Shown: in pieces, positions 1 to 9,150 of the stretch
Numbering within the stretch: the first letter of the stretch is position 1
Layout of the letters: every line of letters begins with the position of its first letter
Assembly: GCA_040218735.1 (NCBI GenBank)
Contig: JAVJQW010000057.1
Location: 1 to 64,000, forward strand
Length of the DNA stretch: 64,000 nucleotides
Direction: 5' to 3'
DNA from: Deltaproteobacteria bacterium
GTDB lineage: Bacteria; Myxococcota; Kuafuiibacteriia; Kuafuiibacteriales; Kuafuiibacteriaceae
Made by a program: the position numbers and the translations under genes
Notes under the pieces: model-generated
What the model was told of the DNA's origin: nothing
The model's database searches: none
What the model saw: the letters and a program-made list of their open reading frames with translations, nothing else

Positions 1-71
1 TGCATCGCGGACCGCGGCACCTCCAGGAAGCGACACACGCGCCGCTCTGAGGCGCAGACCGTGGTCCTCAC
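1..71 (-). CDS. IS3-family transposase OrfB, N-terminal fragment truncated by the window edge
   Basis: GTG overlapping the OrfA stop; SERRVCR motif typical of IS3 OrfB N-termini. Confidence 0.55.
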   Translation of the reverse strand, partial: MRTTVCASERRVCRFLEVPRSAM

Positions 72-397
72 TCGTCGGACATCGTCGGGTCGAAAGGGCG
101 CCCCTTCATCGCCTCCTTAGCGATGTCGAGGTCCAGGACGACCTCGCCTACCTTCTGTTTGAGCTTCTTGATCTGCTCGTCCTTCATCCCCTCCTCGTCA
201 CGGGGCTTGGAGCGCAGAGCGTTCGTGGCGCCCGCAAGGAATCGCTCCTTCCAATCTTCGACGTCGCGGACCTTCAGGCCGTGCTGACGCGCCGCCTCCT
301 GAACCGACGTCTCACCCTTCAGGATCGACAGCACCAAGGCCGTCCGCTTGTTCGCGGTCCAGCGCTGCACACTCTCCAATGAACCGTTCTTCGCCAT
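68..397 (-). CDS. IS3-family transposase OrfA (HTH plus coiled coil)
   Basis: RWTANKRTALVLSILKGETSVQEAARQHGL HTH pattern followed by leucine-zipper-like IKKLKQKVGEVVLDLDIAKEA. Confidence 0.8.
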   Translation of the reverse strand: MAKNGSLESVQRWTANKRTALVLSILKGETSVQEAARQHGLKVRDVEDWKERFLAGATNALRSKPRDEEGMKDEQIKKLKQKVGEVVLDLDIAKEAMKGRPFDPTMSDE

Positions 398-465
398 CCG
401 TCTTCACCCTCTACCATGCCCCAATAGGGCGGTTGGGTGGCCTCACTTCGGTGGGGAGCAAGATA

Positions 466-608
466 GGCGACAGCTACCGGCGCAGGGAGGCCGAGGCGGA
501 GATCAAGTCACGGCGGAACGCGCGGTCAGCCGGTCCAAAAAGACGCACTTCCTGAAGTCCACCAACACTGGATGCACCGATCGACGTCAATTACTCCTGC
601 CGGTCGCA
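466..608 (+). pseudogene. istB: 3' remnant of IS21-family istB ATPase plus right end of the IS21 element
   Basis: 466-555 reads GDSYRRREAEAEIKSRR...* (IstB C-terminal GxSYR motif); minus-strand TGCGACCGGCAGGAGTAATTGACG from 608 resembles an IS21 terminal repeat. Confidence 0.55.
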
Positions 609-781
609 GCGCATCGTCGTTTCTGCAACCGTGGCAGAGCCGTTGCCTCGCTGATTCTGCTACCGAGACAAGAGACGTAGGCTCGCAGAAGCAGACGAAC
701 CTGCGACGGCAGTGCAGCTCCACATCAACTTCCATCTCCCGGTCGAGTAGCGTTCCGTCTTACCGTGGTTTCCTCCTGGAT

Positions 782-1561
782 TCACCGAGCAACGAATCTC
801 AGAAACGCTCGGGAGGCCGTAAAGTCCACGATGTTGTCGTGCATAGAGTCGACGTCGAGCGAAGTGACCGCCTCAAATACGAAGCCTGCCCGTTCTACCA
901 TCCCAACGAGGTCTTGGATACGAAAGGCGTGCATTACTCTCTCACGTGAGTACTGAATAAGGCGATCAGGTTCATCAGCATGGAACGTCAGTACTTCCAA
1001 GCGAAAAGTGAATCCGCCTCCTGCATCATGATTCAACCGACAAACGCTGGCTGTGCATGTGGCGCGGACGATGCCGCTGTTTGTGTTTGTCTCCCAGCTC
1101 TCCGAGCGCTCGAACTCACCATCGGTCCATAGCGCGCAGTCGAGAATTAGGAGCCCCCCCGCCTGCAGTAGCTGTCGAGTCTTTGCTAACGCACTTTCCA
1201 GACGAAACCGGGGCCACAAGCAGCTCACAACATCCGTGAGAAGCAAGACCACATCGAACCCTTGCTTCGACTCGAAGACCTCAATCGCCGTTGGCTGAAT
1301 TCGATCCAACGGCAATCCGTGGGCGTCGAACACCCGCTGCAACACTTCAACCATCGCTGGATCTGGTTCTACAGCAGTAACGACGTGTCCGAACTCGACC
1401 AGCGGCAGCGCGAATCTCCCGGTACCGGCTCCAACGTCGCAGACCTTCTTCGAGGGACCTTGAATTCCCGGCCAAAGGCGCCCAATAACCCCCAACTCAA
1501 CGCCTGGGTGCCAACCAAACGCCATCTCGTAGAGTTCAGCGAATGACAGTCTCCCAGGCAT
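782..1561 (-). CDS. Class I SAM-dependent methyltransferase
   Basis: Motif I VCDVGAGTGR, acidic VTAVEPD, FDVV, LQAGGLLILD. Confidence 0.85.
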   Translation of the reverse strand: MPGRLSFAELYEMAFGWHPGVELGVIGRLWPGIQGPSKKVCDVGAGTGRFALPLVEFGHVVTAVEPDPAMVEVLQRVFDAHGLPLDRIQPTAIEVFESKQGFDVVLLLTDVVSCLWPRFRLESALAKTRQLLQAGGLLILDCALWTDGEFERSESWETNTNSGIVRATCTASVCRLNHDAGGGFTFRLEVLTFHADEPDRLIQYSRERVMHAFRIQDLVGMVERAGFVFEAVTSLDVDSMHDNIVDFTASRAFLRFVAR

Positions 1562-1564
1562 AAG

Positions 1565-2605
1565 CTAGCCGGAGTGTGTGGTAGTAGCCGTCAAACGCAA
1601 TCGGCCTCGTAGTCTCACAAGACGGTCGCGCTTCACAAGGTCGTCGATGTTAGCAGCGACCATTGGATCAATCCTTGGAGCGCCATCATCGCCGATCCTA
1701 CAACCGCCCAAGCAATCAGCCTGAAACGGGCATTCGGTGCACGGCGCCTGCATCCAATCTAGGCTACGATACTCCTGATCGATGACTCGAGACTGCCAAA
1801 TCTGATGAAGCGGCGTGTTGAGTACATTGCCGTACGAACGGCTCGATTGATTACAGATTCTCAACTCTCCAAGAGGGTCCACTGACGCGAACCACTGGCC
1901 CGTACCGCAGCGAAATGCGAGATTTTCAGTAACCAGGCGCTCGTCCAAACAAAATGGAGTGGACGTACCGAAGCTCACCGAGAGACCGAGGTCATCCCGG
2001 AGCCATAGCATGTCGTCGATCGCACGCCTGAACTGACTCAGGGAAGGCGTGAGTGCGTCTTCGAAATGGCTGCCTATCCCGGCGGGCTGAAACACATTGA
2101 CGAACAGCGTGTGCATACCAAGTTGACGGGCTTGTCGACCAACGTCACGAAGGCACTCTGCGTTCGCCGCTGTCAATACGGTATCACTGTGCACTCGAAT
2201 ACCCATTCGCACATACTCAACTATCGAGTTTTCGATTGAGCTGAATGAACCAAGTGCACGCGTTATTCTCTCGTGCATCTGCGGCGTCCCATGCATCGAG
2301 AGATAGATCTCATCTACGCGTCCCTCAAGTTCGGGCACGAATATCCGACCGTTCGTAACCAGTGATCTCCATGAGCAATCTGAGAGAGCGTCGAGATATT
2401 GCGGCAGACGAGAAAGGAGCGTCACTTCGCCGCCAATAAGTTGAACGTGCCTTAATCGGTAGTCATTCAGGCGTCGAAGAATCCGTTCACGTACCGACTC
2501 GTCGAGCTGCTTTCCGTGGTTTGGGTTATAGCAGAATGAACAACTGCTATTGCACGCGTACGTCAGCTCGACCTGAAGAAACTGGGGCAAAAGTGCGTAC
2601 TCCAT
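1565..2605 (-). CDS. Radical SAM protein with SPASM domain
   Basis: ELTYACNSSCSFCY (CxxxCxxC), IGGE, TNG; C-terminal CGTG...VDPLGELRIC...CTECPFQADCLGGC. Confidence 0.92.
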   Translation of the reverse strand: MEYALLPQFLQVELTYACNSSCSFCYNPNHGKQLDESVRERILRRLNDYRLRHVQLIGGEVTLLSRLPQYLDALSDCSWRSLVTNGRIFVPELEGRVDEIYLSMHGTPQMHERITRALGSFSSIENSIVEYVRMGIRVHSDTVLTAANAECLRDVGRQARQLGMHTLFVNVFQPAGIGSHFEDALTPSLSQFRRAIDDMLWLRDDLGLSVSFGTSTPFCLDERLVTENLAFRCGTGQWFASVDPLGELRICNQSSRSYGNVLNTPLHQIWQSRVIDQEYRSLDWMQAPCTECPFQADCLGGCRIGDDGAPRIDPMVAANIDDLVKRDRLVRLRGRLRLTATTTHSG

Positions 2606-2644
2606 AGGCTGCTACATCCTGCTAATCCATGCGGAGTCGTCGAC

Positions 2645-2851
2645 TCAATCTGTCTTTAAGTTAGTGTCAGAGGCGTCCGGTTCGTCATCGTCTCTAGATG
2701 ATAGGCGGATGATCCCTTGAAAGACGCCTTGCAGGTGCGGGCTCGCGACGAATTCGTCGTAGTCGACTCTTAGAACAATCGTACGCTCCAACGATACGCT
2801 AACGCTGGTTCCCGCGAGTGCAGGGTCTTGACTTGGCTTGCATTTCGACAT
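2645..2851 (-). CDS. 68-aa small protein, candidate substrate or partner of the rSAM enzyme
   Basis: ATG start, co-oriented, 39 bp upstream of the rSAM gene, acidic C-terminal tail; weak RBS. Confidence 0.5.
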   Translation of the reverse strand: MSKCKPSQDPALAGTSVSVSLERTIVLRVDYDEFVASPHLQGVFQGIIRLSSRDDDEPDASDTNLKTD

Positions 2852-3405
2852 CTTGGTGGATGTAGCGCACGTTCAGCCGTAGATCAAGTCACCCCCAACG
2901 GTGCGCCCGCCCCATATTGAGTACACACGAGTGTCGTCCTGGGTGACCGGAACGAGGGCGCGACCAATCACGATCCCGAGGCCGTGGCGATGCATGCGAC
3001 TGGTCGAGGCGCCAATGCACGAAGGCAACCTGAACACCTGCGCGGTGAAGTCACAACCAAAAATGGGAGCTGTCGCGTTCGACGCATCCACCCGCGGGGC
3101 GTACCAAAACGACGCCGGGTGTATCGAGAGGTCAACTCCGACACCGTCGATAGGAAGTCGCCACCCGAGAGACAACTCCGCGGAGTCCGGGTGGCGTGCC
3201 ACGGAACCGCTCTTCATAGGTCGTCGTCGCTGCTCGCTCTACTTCGACCGCGTCTGACAAGCCGTTCGAACCGGTCCCCGTCGTCGATGTGATTCGCGTA
3301 GCGTGTCGGCGCGTGCAGACCGCCGTCGTCGAACGTTATCTCAGCGATGAAGCCGGGGATCGCGATTGTCCGCCCGGGGTCGTCGCGCTGGTACTCCAGG
3401 CTGGT

Positions 3406-3778
3406 GGAATAGGGCGTTCAAGCGCAGCGCAATTCCGCTTCTGCCGCTGGGACGGGGGCAGAGCTGCGGACGGTGGGGGGCATGGGATCCCGACTAAGGG
3501 CGTGCCGCGCCCGCTCGGTTGAGGCTGTTGTTGAGTGGGTGGCCTGGCGCGTCGGGAGGAAGTAGGCGGACGTGTCCATGAACGCGATGACGTGGTGAAG
3601 AATGGGTGCGGGTCCGTCTGGGGATCAGCTGGCGAGCGGCCACTCGAGTTGGCGGCTCAGGGGGCCTGGTGGTCCGGTCGAGGGCATCGGCAGGATTGTC
3701 CCTGTTCGATCCAGGCGCGGGCGTGGGGTGGAAGGACCGCTCCGATGGGCGCATCGGAGCTTGTCATTTGGGGCACTG
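3406..3778 (-). mobile_element. IS91/ISCR-like remnant 1 (transposase 3' tail plus oriIS-like end)
   Basis: Reverse-complement homolog of about 10988-11357; ends GCGCTTGAACGCCCTATTCC, resembling the ISCR oriIS terminus. Confidence 0.75.
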
Positions 3779-3851
3779 TTGAGTGTCCCGTGTGCATGAG
3801 GATGTAGCCGCCGTGGCGCACGAGCGCGTTCATGGATGACCTCCTGTAGAG

Positions 3852-4400
3852 GTGTTATCCTTCCGGCCGATGGAGCGGATTATGCTTGCCGAGTGGCTAG
3901 GCGCCTCCGACCACGGCGAGGTTGTGGCGTACCTCGAGTATGTCGTTCCCAAGCTACAGCTTGAAGCGGCATCGATGCTCGGTGGACAGGAAGAGTTGGC
4001 CGGCGAGGTTGTCGCGGAGGCCTTGGTAGACGTCCTACGCAACGGAGTCCCAGTCGACACGAACATTGAGGAGGAGCTGCGCAAACTCGTCCGCCATAGT
4101 GTTCGAAAATGGTTCCGACGGGGGGCAAGGGAGGTGGTCACCGATTCCGTCCCCGAAGTCGAGGATTCGGCCGTTCGACCCGATGAGAACCTTGAGCGCA
4201 AGCAAGCCCTTGAAGCCGTTGAGCGCGCAATGGCCGGCCTGCGCGAGCGAGAGCGCGACGTGCTCGAAAGGTATCTTCGCGGCGAAACCTTGTTCGAGAT
4301 CGGCCAAGCGATCGGAGCAACGCCGTCGAGGGTCTCCCAGATCATCCGGAGGATCCGCTTGAGACTCCGAGCCGAGGTTGAAAGGGCGACAAACCGATGA
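3852..4400 (+). CDS. Sigma70-family-like sigma factor (clear region 4, divergent region 2)
   Basis: LRERERDVLERYLRGETLFEIGQAIGATPSRVSQI region-4 HTH; true start may be ATG 3870 or 3882. Confidence 0.7.
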   Translation: MLSFRPMERIMLAEWLGASDHGEVVAYLEYVVPKLQLEAASMLGGQEELAGEVVAEALVDVLRNGVPVDTNIEEELRKLVRHSVRKWFRRGAREVVTDSVPEVEDSAVRPDENLERKQALEAVERAMAGLRERERDVLERYLRGETLFEIGQAIGATPSRVSQIIRRIRLRLRAEVERATNR

Positions 4401-4996
4401 CCAAAGACGGTAGTCAGCTTGCGCACCGCCAACTTCAGGCACTGAGACTTCTCAAGGAGGCTGGCGTCGAACAGCACGTTGTCGACCGAATCGTAGAGCT
4501 CGCGATCGACAGGTCTCACCTCCTTGAATTCGCAGATCTTTGGACACGTGGTGAATCCGCTCTCACGTACTGGGTGCTGATCATGTCCGGTGTGAACCAA
4601 GCCGATGAGTTCCGTATCGCAAGCGAGTTGCTCATCTGGCAGGAGTTCTTCTGCGGACGTAGCGCAAGAGTGACGTGCCTTCAACCGTCCGACGCTAGAT
4701 TCTTCCCTATGGCCACACGCCATATTTCGGAGCTGGAGCTGCCGGTGTTGCTCATTGGCGACAACCCGATGATGAGCGAGCACCTCATCGTCATGGGGGG
4801 TCTTCTCGAGCGGATCGGAGCGGAGCCTGGAAAGGTGCAGCGGTTTGCATCTAGAATTCACACGACGATTCAAGGAGGAGGCTCCATGTCGGACATCGCG
4901 TCCAAGATGAGAAAGGAGACCTTCTGGTCTTGGACCAAAATCGCGTACGACGAACTCAAAAGCCTTCTTAAGGTGTCCGTGTCCGTCAAGACTTAG
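4397..4996 (+). CDS. Hypothetical protein translationally coupled to the sigma factor
   Basis: ATGA overlap with the upstream stop; 199 aa of globular-looking composition; no motif recognised. Confidence 0.65.
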   Translation: MTKDGSQLAHRQLQALRLLKEAGVEQHVVDRIVELAIDRSHLLEFADLWTRGESALTYWVLIMSGVNQADEFRIASELLIWQEFFCGRSARVTCLQPSDARFFPMATRHISELELPVLLIGDNPMMSEHLIVMGGLLERIGAEPGKVQRFASRIHTTIQGGGSMSDIASKMRKETFWSWTKIAYDELKSLLKVSVSVKT

Positions 4997-5025
4997 CCCG
5001 CTCACGACCGCACCGCCTTCCACGC

Positions 5026-5374
5026 AGAATAGGACATTCAAGCGCAAGTCCGCAGTTGCGTCTGGGACGCGGGCGGAGCCGCAGACGGGTGGGTCGGCAT
5101 GGATCCCGACCAAGGGCGTGCCGCGCCTTGCTCGGTCGGAGGCCGTCTTTATAGCATTGGGAGGTGAGTTTGCCGGCTCTGAACGCATGTATCCATGAAC
5201 GCGACGACGCGTTTGAGAATGGTGCGGGGCCGTTTCTGGTATTACCCAGCGAGCGGCAATTCGCGTCGGTGGCTCAGGGAGCCCGGGGCCCGGTCGCGGG
5301 CGTCGGCAGGCCCCCGCGGCTCGACTCCGTCATCACGTCGTACGAGGACGCCGGCGTAGCGAACGAGGTGGAGG
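5026..5374 (-). mobile_element. IS91/ISCR-like remnant 2 (rearranged transposase tail plus oriIS-like end)
   Basis: Reverse-complement homology to about 10795-10865 and 11073-11357; ends GCGCTTGAATGTCCTATTC. Confidence 0.75.
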
Positions 5375-5497
5375 TGTTGCCGCTCGGGGTTGATGAGGGA
5401 GATGCGATCCGGGTCGACGATGTCCGTGGCTGAGCCGGAGCGGCGCTGACCAGGTGATCGATGGGCATCGTCGTGGCGGTCGGAGGGCGGTCCGGCT

Positions 5498-5686
5498 TTA
5501 GAATGGCAGGTCGTCGTCGTCGCGGAGGTTCGGGCGGGTGGCGTCGTCGATGAGGAGGTCGCTCATCTCGGGGCCGTGGATGCGCCAGAGCTCCGAGGTG
5601 ATGGTTTGAAGGAGCGCCACGAGTCGGAGGGCGTCGTGAGCGTCGATGTCCTCGAGCTCGATGGTGACGGTCGTGGGCTCGGTCAT
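5498..5686 (-). CDS. 62-aa transposon-associated small protein ending DDDDLPF
   Basis: ATGA overlap with the ATPase stop, GGAG RBS, acidic-LPF tail. Confidence 0.6.
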   Translation of the reverse strand: MTEPTTVTIELEDIDAHDALRLVALLQTITSELWRIHGPEMSDLLIDDATRPNLRDDDDLPF

Positions 5687-6485
5687 TGCTCCGCCTCGAG
5701 TACGAGAGCGAGATGATCGCGCTCGACGAGTTTTCGCTTCTTGCGAGCGGCGTGCGTCATCGCGCGCGTGGCGAGTCGATCGATCTCGCGGAGGCTGCCC
5801 TCTGCGGCCTCGTGGAGCATCGCGATGGCGTCGGTCGTGAAGAGCTCCCGCTTGCAGCCCGCCGCCTGGAGTCGATAGGCGACGTACTCTGCGGTGTCGT
5901 CGGGGGGACTCGCGTCGATGTGCAAGCGATGTTGCATGCGCGCGTAGAGGGAGCGGTTGCGGCGTAGTCGCAGCCGGTCGTGCAGTTCGGGGAGCCCGAC
6001 CAGGATCAACGACAACAGCGCGCGACTGTCCCACTCGTCGTTCATCAGGATGTGGAGGTGATCGAGGGTGTCCTGGTGCAGCAGGTGCGCCTCGTCGAGC
6101 AAGAAGGATGGATGGACGCGCTCGGTCGCGAGTGCCTGGATCTGGGTGCTGACAGCGTAGAAGACGGCCGCCGCCGTGGCGGATGGGTTGAGGCCAAGCG
6201 CGAGGCAGAGCTGTCGGTAGAAGTCGCGGCGACCGAGCGTCGCGTTGTGACAATAGGTCAGTCGAAATCCAGCGCCGGGGAGCGCATTTCTCAACGCGCG
6301 GAGGATGCACGTCTTGCCGACGCCCGGTCTCCGGTGAGTAGGATCGACTCGCGGGCGCGTACGGCGTCGCAGAGGCGATCGACGAGGGATGATTTCGACG
6401 ACGGCATCCAGAGTTGTTCGTCGTCGATCTCCTTTGTGAAAGGTGCACTGGCGAGGTTGAAGTGGCGTAGGTAGGCGGCAGGCAT
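5683..6485 (-). pseudogene. ExeA-like AAA ATPase (transposition helper), frameshifted in Walker A
   Basis: MPAAYLRHFNLASAPFTKE start; LLTGD/PGVGKT split by a 1-nt loss near 6327; Walker B LLDEAH, LILVGLPEL. Confidence 0.8.
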
Positions 6486-6486
6486 T

Positions 6487-7883
6487 CTATTGGTCCTCCG
6501 AATCGTCGAGACGTCGCTTGGCGGCGTTGAGCAGGGTCGTTGGGGATCGAATTCGGTCTTGCTCGGCGTCGCGGGAGGAGCGGTCTTTCGGCTCGTCGCG
6601 CCGTTCGCGACGGCGTCGACTTCGCGCAGCGGATACGTCTTGTCGTCGGCCTCGACCCACGGCGCGAGGGGGCGGTCGACGACCGCGTACGCGACGGTGA
6701 CCAAGCGCGACGCGAGGAAGCCTTGGTCGAGTTGGTACGTCGTGCCTTCGACGTCGAGCGTGGAGTCCTTGCGGACGCATCGGCGCACGCGCACCGTGAG
6801 CGCTTGCCTCAGCGCGTCCTCGTCGACGGCTCGGCCGCCCGGATCCGCGCGCCAGACCTTCCCCGGCAGCCCGCCGAGCAAGCCCGCATGCGGTGCTCGG
6901 AGGTAGTGTTCGTCGAGGAAGGTGTAGAGCCGGACGTTGACGTCGTGCAGCGTTGCGCCCGGCGCCATGAAGTCGAGGCAGCCTTCGCGGAGGGGCCGCC
7001 AGAAGCGCTCCATCTTCCCGCGTGACTCCGGGGCGTACGGCTGCGCGTGAATCAACGACACGGCGAGCCGCGCGCACGCGACGCGGAGCGTCTCGCCCCG
7101 GTAGGTCGATCCGTTGTCGAGGTACAGGGCGTCGGGCGCGCCGTGTTGGCGAAGGGCGCGGACAAAGAAGTGAAGCATGTCGACCTCGCGCTCGGTGTGC
7201 CGAGCCTCGATCGCGAGGACGAAGCGCGAGCAGTCGTCGAGGAGCGCGTGGATGCGGAGCGGTTTGCGTCGGCCGTCGATCTCGATCGCGGGTCCGTGAC
7301 AGACGTCGCCGTGCCACAGCGCATTTGGTCGCGCGGCTTGCCAGCGAAGACGAGGCGCCTCCCCGGCGCCGGCGCGCAGTGAGCGCCGGTCGAGGCCGCG
7401 CTCGACGTACAGGCGACGCACGGTCACGACGGAGACCTTCGCCGGATCGAGTTGGCCTTCGCGCACGAGTGTGCGGTGGATGAGCGTCGCGGACGCGGAG
7501 GGGTGCTCGCGCCGGATGTCGAGAAGGAGTTTTCGCTGCGGGTCGCTGAGGTGGCGTCCGCGTCCAGCGTCGCTTCGGCGGGTGGGTTTGAGGGCGGCGA
7601 GGCCGCCAGCTTTGTAGGCGGAGTACCAACGCTCGAGAGTGCTGACGCCGATGGTGCGTGTCACGTCGGCGCCGGGGAGGCGGAAGCGTTGCAGGCTGAG
7701 TTTACGGAGGGCGTCGCTGAGTTCGCCGCGGCGCAGGAGTGCGCCGATGACTTCGCTGCGGAAGATCGCGATCGCCTCGGCGTGGTTGGTGGGCTCGAGG
7801 TTTTCATCGCCACCTGAGATGCCGTGGGTCTCGGCGCGGCGGCAGTGGGCCGCGTTGGTGGGGGGCGGATCGGTGGGGATCAC
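6487..7883 (-). CDS. DDE integrase/transposase (rve core, Mu-like C-terminal domain), frameshift near the C-terminus
   Basis: WHGD, LDDCSR, LYLDNGSTY, PESRGKMERFWR; frame slip in the C-run near 6543 separates the TTLLNAAKRR...* tail. Confidence 0.85.
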
Positions 7884-8482
7884 ATGGTGATGACCCTCGT
7901 CGAACCTATCCGGACGGCTTGGGTGATGCCCGTCGATGACGGGAAGCGGGCGGCGATGGCGTGGGTGATGTGTTGGGCTTGGTCGCGGTAGGTGCCGTCG
8001 GGCGGGACGCGGACGGGGGCGAGGAGACGACCTTGGGCGATCTGTCGGATCCAGCGACGGAGGGTGCGCCAGCCGTCATCGAAGCCGCCTGGGGGATCCG
8101 GGCGGATGCGGCGGCGAACCTCAGCGACAGCGAGGCGCTCGTGTCCGAAGAGCGCGACGGCCCAGGCGATCGCCGTGAGGGCGTAGCGTCGAAGCGAAGC
8201 GACTTCCGCGGGGGCGACCGTGAACACGGCGGCGCAGGCGGTGCATCGGAATCTCCGGAGGAACAGCTCGAGCCGGGCGGGCGGTGTCTCAGGGGCGCTC
8301 GGACCGAGGAGATGGCGTCGCCGGATCCCGTGGCCGATGACGACCGGATATCCGCATTCTCCGCACGCCGCCGGTCGGACCGTAGAGATCGGCGGCGGGT
8401 CGTCCAACCAGAACTTGATGTCGATCGTAGAACGGACGATCCTCGTTGTGCTCCGTGCGCTCCTCAAACGTTCTCGGAGCAA
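7880..8482 (-). CDS. Transposon-associated Zn-ribbon/HTH protein (DUF6431-like)
   Basis: CGECG...GHG.RRR...RRFRCTAC...FTV.P...RRY pattern; overlaps the transposase start. Confidence 0.65.
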   Translation of the reverse strand: MLRERLRSARSTTRIVRSTIDIKFWLDDPPPISTVRPAACGECGYPVVIGHGIRRRHLLGPSAPETPPARLELFLRRFRCTACAAVFTVAPAEVASLRRYALTAIAWAVALFGHERLAVAEVRRRIRPDPPGGFDDGWRTLRRWIRQIAQGRLLAPVRVPPDGTYRDQAQHITHAIAARFPSSTGITQAVRIGSTRVITM

Positions 8483-8772
8483 CTTCGGCGAGGCGGTGTG
8501 CCAGCACCGTCCTCGTCACCTCCCTACCGAAGCCGCCCGCGCTCCTTCCGCGCCCGGATAGCGTGAGCGAGGTGGATCCGACAGAAACCGGCCTGATGAG
8601 GGCTGCGGGACGCCCGTCCATCACGCAGGTGGATCGAGATCCGGGGCGGAGCCCTCAACAACGAGGGGCGTCAACAGTTGAACGCGCTCGACTTCGAGTC
8701 GCGACTTCTTCTTGGTTCGGCGGCGATGTCTCTTCGATGGCAGACACGTGATCGCGAATCAAGCGTTCTTCG

Positions 8773-9150
8773 CTACCGCAAGTCAGGTTGCACGACGGAG
8801 AGGTGAGCGGAACGAGGGCGCGAACCTCGTCGCCGACGGGACGAGACATCGACGTCGTCCAAGAAGAGAAGCAGCTCGCGCGCTTCGGTCTCCCAGCAGA
8901 AACAACCATCTTCGATCCGAGGACGTCGAAAGCGCCCGCGGTCGAGACGCTTCGCCAGCAGACACCACCCGTGCGCGTCGCGAAAGAGCACGCGCACTTG
9001 GTTGCCTCGCTTGTTCAAGAACACGAAGAGCCCGCCCGCGCTCGGATCTCTTTTCATGGTGGCGGCTGCCGTGGCGGCCAGCCCGTCGAACGAGCGCCGA
9101 AAGTCGGCGGGTGCCGCGGCGAAGTCGACTTTGGTTCCGGCTGGGATCAC
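8773..9150 (-). CDS. tnpB: IS66 accessory protein TnpB
   Basis: DFRRSFDGLA...LFVFLNKR...VRVLF.D..GWCLLAKRLDRGRF. Confidence 0.9.
   Translation of the reverse strand: MIPAGTKVDFAAAPADFRRSFDGLAATAAATMKRDPSAGGLFVFLNKRGNQVRVLFRDAHGWCLLAKRLDRGRFRRPRIEDGCFCWETEARELLLFLDDVDVSSRRRRGSRPRSAHLSVVQPDLR

Larger units (their letters stand above)
1..463 (-). mobile_element. IS3-family insertion sequence, left portion (continues beyond the window start)
   Basis: OrfA at 68-397, overlapping OrfB start (VRTTVCASERRVCRFLEV...), candidate terminal repeat TCTTGCTCCCCACCGAAGTGAGG on the minus strand from 463. Confidence 0.75.
5375..8676 (-). mobile_element. 3.3-kb four-gene transposon (Zn-ribbon ORF, DDE transposase, ExeA-like ATPase, small ORF) with TGTTG ends
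   Basis: Imperfect 25-bp terminal inverted repeats TGTTGCCGCTCGGGGTTGATGAGGG / TGTTGACGCCCCTCGTTGTTGAGGG (19/25); no target-site duplication. Confidence 0.75.

Noticed and set aside
526-735. 69-aa Cys-rich minus-strand ORF downstream of the methyltransferase as a RiPP precursor
   Set aside because: Its 3' part (526-608) lies inside the IS21 remnant and it has no well-spaced RBS, so it is probably fortuitous.
3147-3162. Minus-strand GGCGACTTCCTATCG as a fourth ori-like end
   Set aside because: Only the short CCTAT core matches; no upstream homology to the other three copies.
2873-3400. ORFs on both strands between the rSAM cluster and the first ori-like end
   Set aside because: No recognisable motif and no clear coding strand; possibly a decayed gene, not callable.
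6291-6545. Transposase-ATPase fusion or programmed frameshift suggested by the ORF track
   Set aside because: Explained by two single-base losses in short C-runs (decay or sequencing error); no slippery-site signal seen.
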